From: Acutalibacteraceae bacterium
GTDB taxonomy: Bacteria; Bacillota; Clostridia; Oscillospirales; Acutalibacteraceae
Assembly (NCBI GenBank): GCA_045590855.1
Contig: JAZNRV010000077.1
Span: 2,693 to 66,692, forward strand
Length of the DNA: 64,000 nucleotides
Reading direction: 5' to 3'
Shown: in pieces, positions 29,417 through 39,372 of the stretch
Layout: each line of letters opens with the position of its first letter
Position numbering within the stretch: the stretch's first letter is position 1
Notes under the pieces: generated by a model
What the model was told of the DNA's origin: nothing
Database searches by the model: none
What the model saw: the letters and a program-made list of their open reading frames with translations, nothing else
Made by a program: the position numbers and the translations under genes

Positions 29417-32400
29417 TTATTGCGCGTTGCCCGAAATGCCGAGTTTGGCTTCCACTTCGCTGACGCGCAGTTCTAACAATTTTGAAATACCTTGTTCTTG
29501 CATGGTAACACCATACAAAATATCGGCTTCTTCCATTGTACCGCGACGATGCGTGATAACAATAAATTGCGTATTGCGACACATGCGGCGCAAATATTGT
29601 GCATAGCGGTCCACGTTGACATCGTCAAGTGCGGCTTCCACTTCGTCCAACACGCAAAACGGTGAGGGTGTCACTTTTAAGATGGCAAATAACAACGCGG
29701 TTGCTACCAACGACTTTTCACCACCCGACAAGGCATCCATGTTAAGAATAACTTTTCCGGGCGGTTGTGCATGCATTTCGATGCCCGAATGCAGAATGTC
29801 GTTCGGGTCGGTCAACACTAGTTCGGCGTTACCGCCACCAAACAAATCGCGGAACACTTCGCCGAAATGTTCATTGATTTGGCGGAAACGTTCTAAGAAC
29901 ATGTCTTTCATTTGCGCGGTAAGGTCACCGATGAGTTTGAGTAATTCCTCACGCGAGACTTCCACATCGTGCACTTGTTCGCTCAAAAATTCATAGCGTT
30001 CGCTGACTTCTTTGTATTCTTCAATGGCGTCTACGTTGACACTGCCGAGCGCACGGATTTTATTTTTGAGTTCTGCCAAGCGACGGGTGGCTTCTGCCAT
30101 GTTTTCAATCGGTGCGGCGTAGTTCTCCGCCTCACTGCGCGTCAGTTCATATTCCTCATACAAGCGATTGAGAATGGTTTCGGTTTCTTTTTGGGCGGCG
30201 GCACATTTTTCTTCCAAACGAGCGGCTTCGCGACCCGCAAGTTCACGTTCGTCTGCTTTTTCACGGCTGGTTTGGCGCCATGCCGTTTGTTGTGCTTCGC
30301 CTTGCATACGTTTTGCTGCCAAAGCGGTGATTTGCTCGCCCGCTTCTTTGGCCAAACGGCGCATTTCAGCTGCTTGAAGTGCAAGCAACTCGGCTTGTTC
30401 TTCGTATTCTTTGTTGCGTACCAACAATTGTTCGATTTGTTGTTCGGTGGCACTGCGAATACCCGTTTGGTCCGCTTGACGACTACGTAATTCTTGAATG
30501 GCTTCGCGGATACCTTCGATTTCTTTTTCCAGCGCGACAACCGCCAATTTTTGGTCGGCAATGCGCGCGGAAAGTGCTTCGCGCTCCTCGGTGATTTTTT
30601 GACGTCCGCCGCCAAGAGAGGTGACTTCCGTTTCCAATTCTTCCTTGCGCACACCCACGGTTTGCGATTGTGCAGCAGATTTTTCAATGGTTTCACGATG
30701 TTCTGCCGAACGACGGTTAAGTTCGGTAATTTCGCGGGTGCATTCTTCCACAGCGGCGGTCAAAGTCGCCGCTACTTCGGTCAAGCGATGACATTCACCT
30801 TCCACGCGGATTTTATCTTCCGTGGCGGTGGAAAGTTCCCCTTGCGCACCCGAAAGTTGTGCACTGACGGCCGATACTTCTTCTTGCAAAGTTTTAAGAG
30901 CCTCTTGCGCTTTTTCTGCCTTTTCGGCAAGCGATGCTTTTTCGGCTTGCAGGCGTTCGATTTCGCTGCGGCGAGAAAGCAAGCCCGCACCTTTGACATG
31001 GGAGCCACCTGTCAGCGAACCACCGGCATTGACCACTTGTCCGTCCAAAGTGACGATGCGGAAACGATAACCGTATTTGCGGGCAATCACCACGGCGTAA
31101 TCCAAATCCTCTGCCACGGCAATACGACCAAGCAAACTGCGTGCAATTTGCTCGTATTGGCTGTCAACCGTAACAAGTGAGGATGCAATACCTACAAATC
31201 CGTTTTCGTTTTCCAAGCCTTTTTCGGTAAGCAAGGTGCCTTTGGTGGTTTGAATCGGCAAGAAGGTGGCGCGACCGCCGTTGGTCTTTTTCAAAAATTC
31301 AATGCCGCGTTTAGCATCTTCTTCGCGGTCGCACACAATGTTTTGTGCAGCACCGCCCAAAGCGGTTTCAATTGCCAAGGCATAGGTGCCTTCGGCATGA
31401 ATGAGGCGGGAAACAGGCCCGTGAATACCGCGCAATTCACCGCGTTCGGATTGTTTGACCACGCTTTTGACGCTTTGCGAAAAGCCTTCCAGATTGCGTT
31501 CCATTTCTTCTAACAAACGGATGCGGTGTTGTTTTTCTTCTACGTCTAACAACAAACGGTCGGCCTCGTGGCGAGCGGTTTCGAGTTTTGCAGTGCGGGA
31601 TGCATGGCGCATTTCAAAACCGCGTACGGCGTTTTGCAGTTCTTCGGTTTTTTCGCTCAAAGCGCGCAAATCTTCCTCGCAAGCTTGCTTTTCGCGCACG
31701 GTTTCTTCACGCTGGGCAGTGCGCGCCGCCAACGTTTCGGTCACTTGTGAAAGGCGCAACGTGATTTCGGCAAGCGAGGATTCGGCAGTAACCGATTGCA
31801 CGCGCAAATCGGAAAGTTCGGCCACACACTCGGCAATTTGGTTGTTAAGTTCTTCAATCTTACCCGAAACTTCTTCGTTGTTTCGTTGCAAAGTTGCCCA
31901 TTCTTCTGCCAAATCCAACTGCAACCGTTGGCATTCGGCAATAGCTTGTTGTTTTTGCTCGATTTCCTCGTTACGAGTGGCAATGGTTTCTTCCAAACGC
32001 AAGGTGCCTTGTTCGGCTTCTTGCAATTCACCGCGCAAACGGGCAATGTTTTCTTCATTATGGCTTTTGTCGTTGCGCAACAAATCGGCATTACCGAGCA
32101 AACGCACGGCTTCTTCTTCTTTGCTGCCTACTTCGGTGCGTAATTGTTCCATTTGGGCAGACAATGCTCTACCCTCTTCGGCAGATTGCTCCAATTGTTG
32201 CTCGATGGTATCAATGGCAGCACCTGCGGCATCGTATTGCGTGCGCGCAAGTTCCAATTTGCTGTCGAGTTCCCGCAATATTTCGCGGGAGCGTTCCATG
32301 GTGTTGAGCCATACACCGATTTCCAAACCTTTTTTTTCGGAAGCATATTCCAAATATTTTTTGGCTTTTTCGGATTGTTGTTTGAGCGGTCCGACGCGTT

Positions 32401-32998
32401 CTTCAAGTTCTTGCAAAATATCACGCAAGCGCAACAAATTTTCTTCTGCCGAACGCAAACGACGCTCCGCTTCGTTTTTGCGGTAACGATATTTCGCAAT
32501 GCCCGCCGCTTCTTCAAAAATTTCGCGGCGTTCATCGGATTTTGACGAAACAATTTCTTCAATACGGCCTTGCCCGATGATGGAATAGCCATCACGGCCC
32601 AAACCCGTATCCATAAACAATAATTGGATATCTTTTAAGCGAACGGTAGCGTTATTGAGCAAATATTCACTTTCGCCCGAGCGATAATACCGACGTGTCA
32701 CCTTGACGTCGTCGGCATCGAACATAAGCCAACGCTCGGAATTGTCAATCACCAACGACACTTCGGCATACCCCACCGATTTGCGCTTGGACGTTCCGTT
32801 AAAAATAACGTCTTCCATTTTGGAACCACGCAAGGTTTTGCTGGATTGTTCACCCAGCACCCAACGCACGGCGTCACTGATGTTGGATTTTCCGCTTCCG
32901 TTTGGTCCGACAACCGCGGTGATGCCGCTGCCGAAAGAAAGCACCGTTTTGTCCGGAAACGATTTAAAGCCTTGTATTTCGAGTGATTTCAGAACCAT
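29417..32998 (-). CDS. smc: chromosome segregation protein SMC
   Basis: MVLKSLEIQGFKSF..GPNGSGKSN, long coiled coils, hinge, LSGGEKSL...LDEVEAALD. Start trimmed to ATG 32998. Confidence 0.96.
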   Translation of the reverse strand: MVLKSLEIQGFKSFPDKTVLSFGSGITAVVGPNGSGKSNISDAVRWVLGEQSSKTLRGSKMEDVIFNGTSKRKSVGYAEVSLVIDNSERWLMFDADDVKVTRRYYRSGESEYLLNNATVRLKDIQLLFMDTGLGRDGYSIIGQGRIEEIVSSKSDERREIFEEAAGIAKYRYRKNEAERRLRSAEENLLRLRDILQELEERVGPLKQQSEKAKKYLEYASEKKGLEIGVWLNTMERSREILRELDSKLELARTQYDAAGAAIDTIEQQLEQSAEEGRALSAQMEQLRTEVGSKEEEAVRLLGNADLLRNDKSHNEENIARLRGELQEAEQGTLRLEETIATRNEEIEQKQQAIAECQRLQLDLAEEWATLQRNNEEVSGKIEELNNQIAECVAELSDLRVQSVTAESSLAEITLRLSQVTETLAARTAQREETVREKQACEEDLRALSEKTEELQNAVRGFEMRHASRTAKLETARHEADRLLLDVEEKQHRIRLLEEMERNLEGFSQSVKSVVKQSERGELRGIHGPVSRLIHAEGTYALAIETALGGAAQNIVCDREEDAKRGIEFLKKTNGGRATFLPIQTTKGTLLTEKGLENENGFVGIASSLVTVDSQYEQIARSLLGRIAVAEDLDYAVVIARKYGYRFRIVTLDGQVVNAGGSLTGGSHVKGAGLLSRRSEIERLQAEKASLAEKAEKAQEALKTLQEEVSAVSAQLSGAQGELSTATEDKIRVEGECHRLTEVAATLTAAVEECTREITELNRRSAEHRETIEKSAAQSQTVGVRKEELETEVTSLGGGRQKITEEREALSARIADQKLAVVALEKEIEGIREAIQELRSRQADQTGIRSATEQQIEQLLVRNKEYEEQAELLALQAAEMRRLAKEAGEQITALAAKRMQGEAQQTAWRQTSREKADERELAGREAARLEEKCAAAQKETETILNRLYEEYELTRSEAENYAAPIENMAEATRRLAELKNKIRALGSVNVDAIEEYKEVSERYEFLSEQVHDVEVSREELLKLIGDLTAQMKDMFLERFRQINEHFGEVFRDLFGGGNAELVLTDPNDILHSGIEMHAQPPGKVILNMDALSGGEKSLVATALLFAILKVTPSPFCVLDEVEAALDDVNVDRYAQYLRRMCRNTQFIVITHRRGTMEEADILYGVTMQEQGISKLLELRVSEVEAKLGISGNAQ

Positions 32999-33002
32999 GT
33001 TC

Positions 33003-34010
33003 TCACTTCCCCCAAATAATCTGCCTTGGCAAAACATTTTCGTCTGCCGCTATGGTTACCGCATACCCTGCTTTGGCAAAGGCGCGGATGTTTTCTTTTT
33101 TATGTCCCACCATTTTGGAAAGGGCGGTGGGATGTACCCGCAGTACCGCAGAAGATTCTTTTTTCTCTTGCAACAAGGCAAGAGCTTTGTCACGATATAT
33201 TCTGCCCTCGCACAGTTCCCGAAATGCCGGATGGAAAGGCCCGGCCAGGCAGTGCCCCGCCATTTCTTCTTCGGCATGTAAACCCATGCGAATTACCGGA
33301 ATGTGCTGCTCCTCTTCAAAAAACACCAGCAATCGCGCACACAATGCTACCGCTTGTTCCAACGTTTGCGGTACGTAGTTTCCTTGCCGATATTCGACAC
33401 CGAGCGGCGTGCCGTCAATTACCAAGGTGGGATACACGCGCACTTCATCGGGGCGTAATGCCGCCAAGGCTTGTGCTGTTTGTTTGTCGGTTTCGTCGGT
33501 AGAATCGGGCAAACCCGTCATCATTTGTAATCCGAGCGACATCCCCGCCTGTTTTATCAGCGCGGCGGACTTGCGCACGTGCTCGGCGGTATGTCCCCGT
33601 CCGCAGCGTGCAAGAACCCTGTCGTTCATGCTTTGGGCACCCAATTCCACGGTGGTCACACCGTAGCTTTTGAGAACTTGCAATATTTCCTCGTCCACCG
33701 CATCGGGACGCGTGGATACGCGAATACCGAAAAAAACCCCGCTTTTAACAAACGGCGAAGCCGCTTGCAATAACGCTTCCATATCGCTACGCGGGATAGC
33801 GGTAAAACTACCGCCGAAAAAAGCAATTTCTGCTTTTGCGTCGGGTGGCAACGTTTTGATTGCCGTTTGACACGCTGTTTGGATATCCAACGCGGACGGC
33901 ATTTGTGCCGTTCCCGCTATGTGCCGCTGATTACAAAAAACACATTGATGAGGACACCCCGCATGCGGTACAAACAACGCAACATTATAATGCCTTTTTT
34001 TAGTCATCAT
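33003..34010 (-). CDS. radical SAM protein (Elp3-like core without acetyltransferase domain)
   Basis: CPHQCVFC (CxxxCxxC) near the N-terminus; TIM-barrel-like length. Confidence 0.8.
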   Translation of the reverse strand: MMTKKRHYNVALFVPHAGCPHQCVFCNQRHIAGTAQMPSALDIQTACQTAIKTLPPDAKAEIAFFGGSFTAIPRSDMEALLQAASPFVKSGVFFGIRVSTRPDAVDEEILQVLKSYGVTTVELGAQSMNDRVLARCGRGHTAEHVRKSAALIKQAGMSLGLQMMTGLPDSTDETDKQTAQALAALRPDEVRVYPTLVIDGTPLGVEYRQGNYVPQTLEQAVALCARLLVFFEEEQHIPVIRMGLHAEEEMAGHCLAGPFHPAFRELCEGRIYRDKALALLQEKKESSAVLRVHPTALSKMVGHKKENIRAFAKAGYAVTIAADENVLPRQIIWGK

Positions 34011-34689
34011 AGCCCATCAATTTGAGTGCTTCACGCGCGGCTTGTTGCTCGGCTTCTTTTTTGCTTTTTCCTTTGCCCGAACCAATGACGTTGGAATTTA
34101 AATGTACTTCCACATAAAATTGTTTGTTGTGGTCGGGACCACATTCTCCTTTGAGTTCGTATTCCAACTGTTCTTCGGGATTTTGCTGAACAATTTCTTG
34201 TAACTGCGTTTTGTAATCCCGAAAATGCGGTTTGCGTTGGTTGGAGAGTTCTTCTTTGATAAACGGTAAAATAAACGCTTCAGCTTGCTTTAAGCCACCA
34301 TCCAAGTACAAAGCCGCAATCACTGCTTCAAACGCATCTGCCAGCAGCGAGGCACGTTGTGCGCCACCGCCGCGCTGTTCGCCTTTGCCCAAGAGCAAAT
34401 AGTCACCGAGATTGATTTTTTTAGCGTACGAACTAAGAGCTTTTTCACACACAAGCGAGGCACGCAAGCGTGTAAGTTCGCCTTCTTTTCCGGTTTCGTG
34501 CTCAAACAAATACCCGGCGGTAACAAACCCCAGCACCGAATCGCCCAAAAATTCCAAACGCTCGTTACTGTTTAGTTTACGATTACCTTCGTTTGCATAC
34601 GAGGAATGCGTCAAGGCGGTTTCGAGCAAAGAGGGCTTTTGGAACGTATAGCCCAAAACTTTCATCATCTGTTTGGTTGTTTCTTGCAT
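34000..34689 (-). CDS. rnc: ribonuclease III
   Basis: NERLEFLGDSVLG signature plus C-terminal dsRBD (GPDHNKQF...GKGKSKKEAEQQAA). Confidence 0.95.
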   Translation of the reverse strand: MQETTKQMMKVLGYTFQKPSLLETALTHSSYANEGNRKLNSNERLEFLGDSVLGFVTAGYLFEHETGKEGELTRLRASLVCEKALSSYAKKINLGDYLLLGKGEQRGGGAQRASLLADAFEAVIAALYLDGGLKQAEAFILPFIKEELSNQRKPHFRDYKTQLQEIVQQNPEEQLEYELKGECGPDHNKQFYVEVHLNSNVIGSGKGKSKKEAEQQAAREALKLMGYDD

Positions 34690-34716
34690 TGTTTGTCACC
34701 TCACTCGTTTTCTTGC

Positions 34717-34944
34717 TTAATCTTCAAAAGAAGCCACAATATCTTCCACAAACTCCCACGCGGCAACCGTTTCGGGGGAAAGGGCCGTACCATATTGTTC
34801 GCCGAGTAAGAACGCAATTTCTTCACAGTCGCGGGGATATAAATTGAGTTCATCCAACGAGGTTGCCAACGAGATATCTTCCTCGTCACAACCGAATCGG
34901 TCAATCAGCAGTTGTTTGAGTTGCTGCAACACCATCTGCTGCAC
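34717..34944 (-). CDS. acyl carrier protein-like protein lacking the canonical DSL serine
   Basis: Between plsX and rnc, where acpP normally sits. The helix II pattern D-x-x-E-x-x-x-x-L-x-x-x-Y-G is kept, but DSL is replaced by YPR. Start ambiguous (GTG 34944 or ATG 34935); overlaps the plsX end. Confidence 0.7.
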   Translation of the reverse strand: MQQMVLQQLKQLLIDRFGCDEEDISLATSLDELNLYPRDCEEIAFLLGEQYGTALSPETVAAWEFVEDIVASFED

Positions 34945-35950
34945 AATCTCCCTTCGTACTTTCGTTGCTTATTTCCTGCGTGATTTTATCAATCACACCC
35001 GTGCGGGCAAATTCAGCCGCTACGCGCACGGCGTTTTGAATGGCCAAAGCCTTGGAATTGCCATGCGCTTTAATTACCGGACGAGCCACACCAAGAAGCG
35101 GTGCACCGCCCGTTTCGGCAGTGGATAATTTCTTTTTAAGAGCCGCCAAATGCGGTTTGATAAGTAACGCGCCAATTTTGGTAAGTAAGTTGGTTAGGAA
35201 TATACTTTTAACATAACCGAGTAACATATCGACGGTACCTTCCAAGGTTTTGAGCAACACATTGCCGGAAAAACCGTCTGCCACAATAACATCGGCCGCG
35301 CCGGACGGTACGTCACGGGCTTCGACGTTTCCGATGAAATTAAGAGAACTGTTTTTAAGCAATTCGTGTGTGGCTTGTTGCAGTTCGCCGCCCTTATGTT
35401 CTTCAGTGCCGACGTTGAGAAGTCCCACCGTTGCCGATTCACCGTTTTTCATAACATCGGACATGTACAAACTGCCCATCTGCGCAAATTGCAACAACAT
35501 TTCGGGACGACAATCCGCGTTAGCACCTGAATCGAGCAACATATACGGTCCGTTATCCGACGGTAACACCGCCGCCAATGCCGCACGCGAAACCCCTTTG
35601 ATACGTTTGACCAAGAAAGTAGCACCCATCAACAAAGCACCGGTACTGCCCGCCGAAACAAAAGCATCTCCGCCGCCTTCTGCCAACAAACGCAACCCCA
35701 CCGCCATGGTACATTCTTTGTGTTCGCGTAAAATGGTTTTGGGTTGTTCGTTCATGCCGATAACATCGGTGGCATGAACAATTTCGATATGTTCCAGCGA
35801 CAAGGCTTGTTCGGCGGCTATTGTTTTGATTTCTTCCTCGTTACCAACCAAAACAACGTCTACACCATAGGCATCGCGTGCTTGCACCGCGCCTTTAATA
35901 ACTTCTAACGGGGCATAGTCGCCGCCGTAAGCATCGATAATGATTTTCAT
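34901..35950 (-). CDS. plsX: phosphate acyltransferase PlsX
   Basis: MKIIIDAYGGDYAP...GSTGALL...KAHGNS. Confidence 0.94.
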   Translation of the reverse strand: MKIIIDAYGGDYAPLEVIKGAVQARDAYGVDVVLVGNEEEIKTIAAEQALSLEHIEIVHATDVIGMNEQPKTILREHKECTMAVGLRLLAEGGGDAFVSAGSTGALLMGATFLVKRIKGVSRAALAAVLPSDNGPYMLLDSGANADCRPEMLLQFAQMGSLYMSDVMKNGESATVGLLNVGTEEHKGGELQQATHELLKNSSLNFIGNVEARDVPSGAADVIVADGFSGNVLLKTLEGTVDMLLGYVKSIFLTNLLTKIGALLIKPHLAALKKKLSTAETGGAPLLGVARPVIKAHGNSKALAIQNAVRVAAEFARTGVIDKITQEISNESTKGDCAADGVAATQTTAD

Positions 35951-35962
35951 ATTGTTTCCTCC

Positions 35963-37267
35963 TCAAATGTAGAGTGACAATGCGGCCAAAGCACGTTCTG
36001 ACAACGCTGCATAGCGTTCTTTTTTATCGCGAATGTGGTTTTCCAAGGGCGGTAACACACCAAAGTTGGCTCCCATAGGTTGAAAGTCCGTCACGGTAGT
36101 GTCACACACATGGTGTGCCAACGCACCCATCATGGTCGTTGGCGGTAATATGAGCGGCGGCTGCGCGCGCAAAGCGCGTACCGCATTTTTGCCCGCTAAA
36201 ATACCGCTGCTTGCCGATTCCATATACCCTTCCACACCGGTGATTTGCCCCGCAAAGAACAAATGCGGTGCCGTTTTCACTGCAAAAGTAGGTGCAAGTA
36301 TGTTCGGGGAATTCAAAAACGTGTTACGGTGCATCACACCATACCGCATAAATTCTGCGTTGTGCAATGCCGGTATCATGGAAAACACACGTTTTTGTTC
36401 GTGAAATTTGAGGTTTGTTTGGAATCCCACCAAGTTGTACAATGTACCTGCCGCATTTTCAGCACGTAATTGCAACACGGCCCACGGACGGTGTCCTGTA
36501 CGCGGGTCACGCAGTCCCACGGGTTTCATGGGGCCGAAGCGAATAGAATCTGCACCACGGCGCGCCAAAATTTCAATCGGCATACAACCCTCGTATACCG
36601 GCGGAACATCAAAGCCGTGTAACAAAGCAAGTTCTGCTGTGGTTAGCGCCGCGTGAAAAGCCTCGTATTCTTCTTTGTTCATCGGGCAGTTGATATAGTC
36701 GCCTTGTCCGCTTTCTTCCCGACCGTAGCGAGAAGCACGAAACGAGAGAGCGGGGTCAATGCTTTCTGCCGTGACAATCGGTGCCGCTGCATCGTAAAAA
36801 CTCAACGCATCGCCAAACCGAGCAATAATATCGTTTGCCAAAGCATCCGCCGTCAGCGGTCCGGTAGCCACCACCGTTACACCGTCTTGCGGCAACGTGG
36901 TAACTTCCTTTTCCACCACCGTAATCAAGGGATGACTGCGAATTTTTTCGGTTACTTGTTTGGAAAAATCATCGCGGTCTACTGCCAAGGCGCCACCGGC
37001 GGGTACCGCACAACTGCGGGCGGTTGACACACACAGCGAACCGAGACGCGCCATTTCTTCTTTTAGTAACCCTGCGGCACTTTCGAGCCGCGCGGCTTTG
37101 AGAGAGTTGGAGCAAACAAGTTCTGCCAACAGCGGGCTGTGATGAGCCGGTGTGTAACGATGCGGCTTCATTTCCACCAAGGTAACTTCTACCCCTTCGT
37201 TAGCTGCCGCCCATGCCGCTTCGCAGCCGGCCAATCCGCCGCCGATTACCGTGATATGCTCACTCAT
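35963..37267 (-). CDS. trmFO: methylenetetrahydrofolate--tRNA-(uracil54-C5)-methyltransferase TrmFO
   Basis: VIGGGLAGCEAAW...LAELVCSNSLK...GQITGVEGY. Confidence 0.94.
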   Translation of the reverse strand: MSEHITVIGGGLAGCEAAWAAANEGVEVTLVEMKPHRYTPAHHSPLLAELVCSNSLKAARLESAAGLLKEEMARLGSLCVSTARSCAVPAGGALAVDRDDFSKQVTEKIRSHPLITVVEKEVTTLPQDGVTVVATGPLTADALANDIIARFGDALSFYDAAAPIVTAESIDPALSFRASRYGREESGQGDYINCPMNKEEYEAFHAALTTAELALLHGFDVPPVYEGCMPIEILARRGADSIRFGPMKPVGLRDPRTGHRPWAVLQLRAENAAGTLYNLVGFQTNLKFHEQKRVFSMIPALHNAEFMRYGVMHRNTFLNSPNILAPTFAVKTAPHLFFAGQITGVEGYMESASSGILAGKNAVRALRAQPPLILPPTTMMGALAHHVCDTTVTDFQPMGANFGVLPPLENHIRDKKERYAALSERALAALSLYI

Positions 37268-39353
37268 TGTTTTTTCCTTTTCCTACCTTTTCATAGCCGC
37301 AACCGTCGGTCAAACAAACCACTCCGCCACCGCGGCCTTTGCGCTTGAACAACGTTTTGCCGCATTGCGGGCAAACGTGCGCCGTGGGTTCATTCCACGT
37401 AACGAAATCACATTTGGGATAATTTTCGCAACCGAAAAACTTGCGGTTTTTCTTTGATTTTTTCGCCAAAATATTGCCGCCGCATTTGGGGCAAACCCCT
37501 GCGGTTCTGTCTACCAAGGGTTTGGTGTTTTTGCAATCGGGATATCCGGGACAAGCCAAAAACTTGCCGAAACGACCGGTTTTAATCACCATTTGACGTC
37601 CGCATTTGTCGCAAACCTCTTCACTTTGTTCTTCCGGCACTTTAAGGCGTTCACCCGAAAGCGTTTGTTCGGCTTTTTGCAACGTTTTTGAAAAATCGTC
37701 ATAAAAACGGGTGAGCGTTTGTACCCAATCACTGGTTCCCGATTCGACATCGTCCAACTGCCGTTCCATGTTGGCAGTAAATTCGGTATCTACAATTTCG
37801 GGGAATTGTTCTTTCATCCACTGTGTGGTAACTTCGCCCAGTGCGGTGGGTTTTAACGATTTGCCCTCGCGCTCAATGTATTCACGCGCCAAAATCGTAC
37901 TAATGGTGGTGGCATAGGTAGACGGGCGGCCAATGCCGTTTTCCTCCAATGTTTTAATGAGCGTGGCTTCGTTGTACCGTGCGGGAGGCTGCGTGAAATG
38001 TTGACTGCTTTGCAAATCTTGCAGTGTCAGCACATCGCCTTCTTTAAGAATAGGTAAGGCTCCGTCTTCTTCGTCTTCCTCGTCCTTGCCTTCTACGTAC
38101 AACACGGTGTAACCGTCGAAACGTACGGTATAACCGGACGATTTAAACAAATATTCACCGGCGGCAATTTCCGCTTGGCACGTATCTTGCACGCAATTTG
38201 CCATCAAACTGGCAATAAAGCGTTCCCAAATCAGTTTATACAGCCGATATTGGTCACCACTTAAAAACGGTTTTACCATGTCGGGTGTCAGCGAGGGCAC
38301 CGACGGACGAATGGCTTCGTGCGCGTCCTGTGCGCCTTTGCGCGTTTTGTAATACCGCGCTTTTTCCGGTAAATACGCATTACCGTAGCGTTCCACGATA
38401 TACGCATTACCCTCGCGACGCGCATCTTCCGAAATACGAAGCGAGTCGGTACGCATATACGTAATCAAACCCATGGCACCGCGTTCGCCCAGTTCGACAC
38501 CTTCGTACAACTCTTGCGCCGCTTTCATGGTGCGCTTGGAGGCAAACCCCAGTTTTCGGCTGGCTTCTTGCTGCAACGTTGACGTAATAAACGGAGGCGC
38601 GGGAGAAATTTTGCGTTCACCACGTTTGACCGATGCCACAGTAAACGTTTGCGGGCGAATGGCCGCGAGTGCTGCATCGGCTTGTTCTTGATTGCATAAT
38701 TTAAGTTTGTTTTTGCCCTTTTTATACAATTGTGCTTTAAAGGCCTTTCCGCGGGGAGAAAGCGAAAGTTTTGCTTCGATATTCCAATATTCTTCCGAAA
38801 CAAAAGCGCGAATTTCTTCTTCGCGATCCACAATCATGGCCACAACCGCAGACTGCACACGTCCCGCCGACAAACCTTTGCGGATTTTTTTCCATAAAAA
38901 CGGGCTGATACGATACCCCACCAAGCGGTCTAACACACGACGTGCTTGTTGGGCATTAACCAAATCCATGTTGACACAACGCGGTGCCGCCATACCTTGC
39001 GCCACACCGCTTTTGGTAATTTCGTTAAACGTAACGCGATTGTTTTCGCTCAAATCGGTTTTGAGCATTTGCGCCAAGTGCCAAGAAATGGCTTCTCCCT
39101 CGCGGTCCGGGTCGGTTGCCAAAAAGACACCGTCACTCGCCGCCGCTTTCGCTTTAAGCTGGCGAATCAACGCCGATTTCCCCGCAATATCCACGTACCG
39201 CGGACGAAATCCTTTTTCTACGTCCACGCCAAGCAGGCTTTTGGGCAAATCGCGAATATGTCCCATGGAGGCCATAACTTCATAGCCTTCACCCAAATAT
39301 TTCTGTATGGTTTTGGCTTTTGCGGGAGATTCCACAATAACCAACTTTGACAT
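37260..39353 (-). CDS. topA: DNA topoisomerase I with C-terminal zinc ribbons
   Basis: MSKLVIVESPAKAKTIQKYLG (Toprim), active-site region, several CxxC...CxxC. Start trimmed to ATG 39353 (AAGGTG SD 6 nt upstream). Confidence 0.96.
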   Translation of the reverse strand: MSKLVIVESPAKAKTIQKYLGEGYEVMASMGHIRDLPKSLLGVDVEKGFRPRYVDIAGKSALIRQLKAKAAASDGVFLATDPDREGEAISWHLAQMLKTDLSENNRVTFNEITKSGVAQGMAAPRCVNMDLVNAQQARRVLDRLVGYRISPFLWKKIRKGLSAGRVQSAVVAMIVDREEEIRAFVSEEYWNIEAKLSLSPRGKAFKAQLYKKGKNKLKLCNQEQADAALAAIRPQTFTVASVKRGERKISPAPPFITSTLQQEASRKLGFASKRTMKAAQELYEGVELGERGAMGLITYMRTDSLRISEDARREGNAYIVERYGNAYLPEKARYYKTRKGAQDAHEAIRPSVPSLTPDMVKPFLSGDQYRLYKLIWERFIASLMANCVQDTCQAEIAAGEYLFKSSGYTVRFDGYTVLYVEGKDEEDEEDGALPILKEGDVLTLQDLQSSQHFTQPPARYNEATLIKTLEENGIGRPSTYATTISTILAREYIEREGKSLKPTALGEVTTQWMKEQFPEIVDTEFTANMERQLDDVESGTSDWVQTLTRFYDDFSKTLQKAEQTLSGERLKVPEEQSEEVCDKCGRQMVIKTGRFGKFLACPGYPDCKNTKPLVDRTAGVCPKCGGNILAKKSKKNRKFFGCENYPKCDFVTWNEPTAHVCPQCGKTLFKRKGRGGGVVCLTDGCGYEKVGKGKNNE

Positions 39354-39372
39354 GCTTTTCACCTTATCTTTC

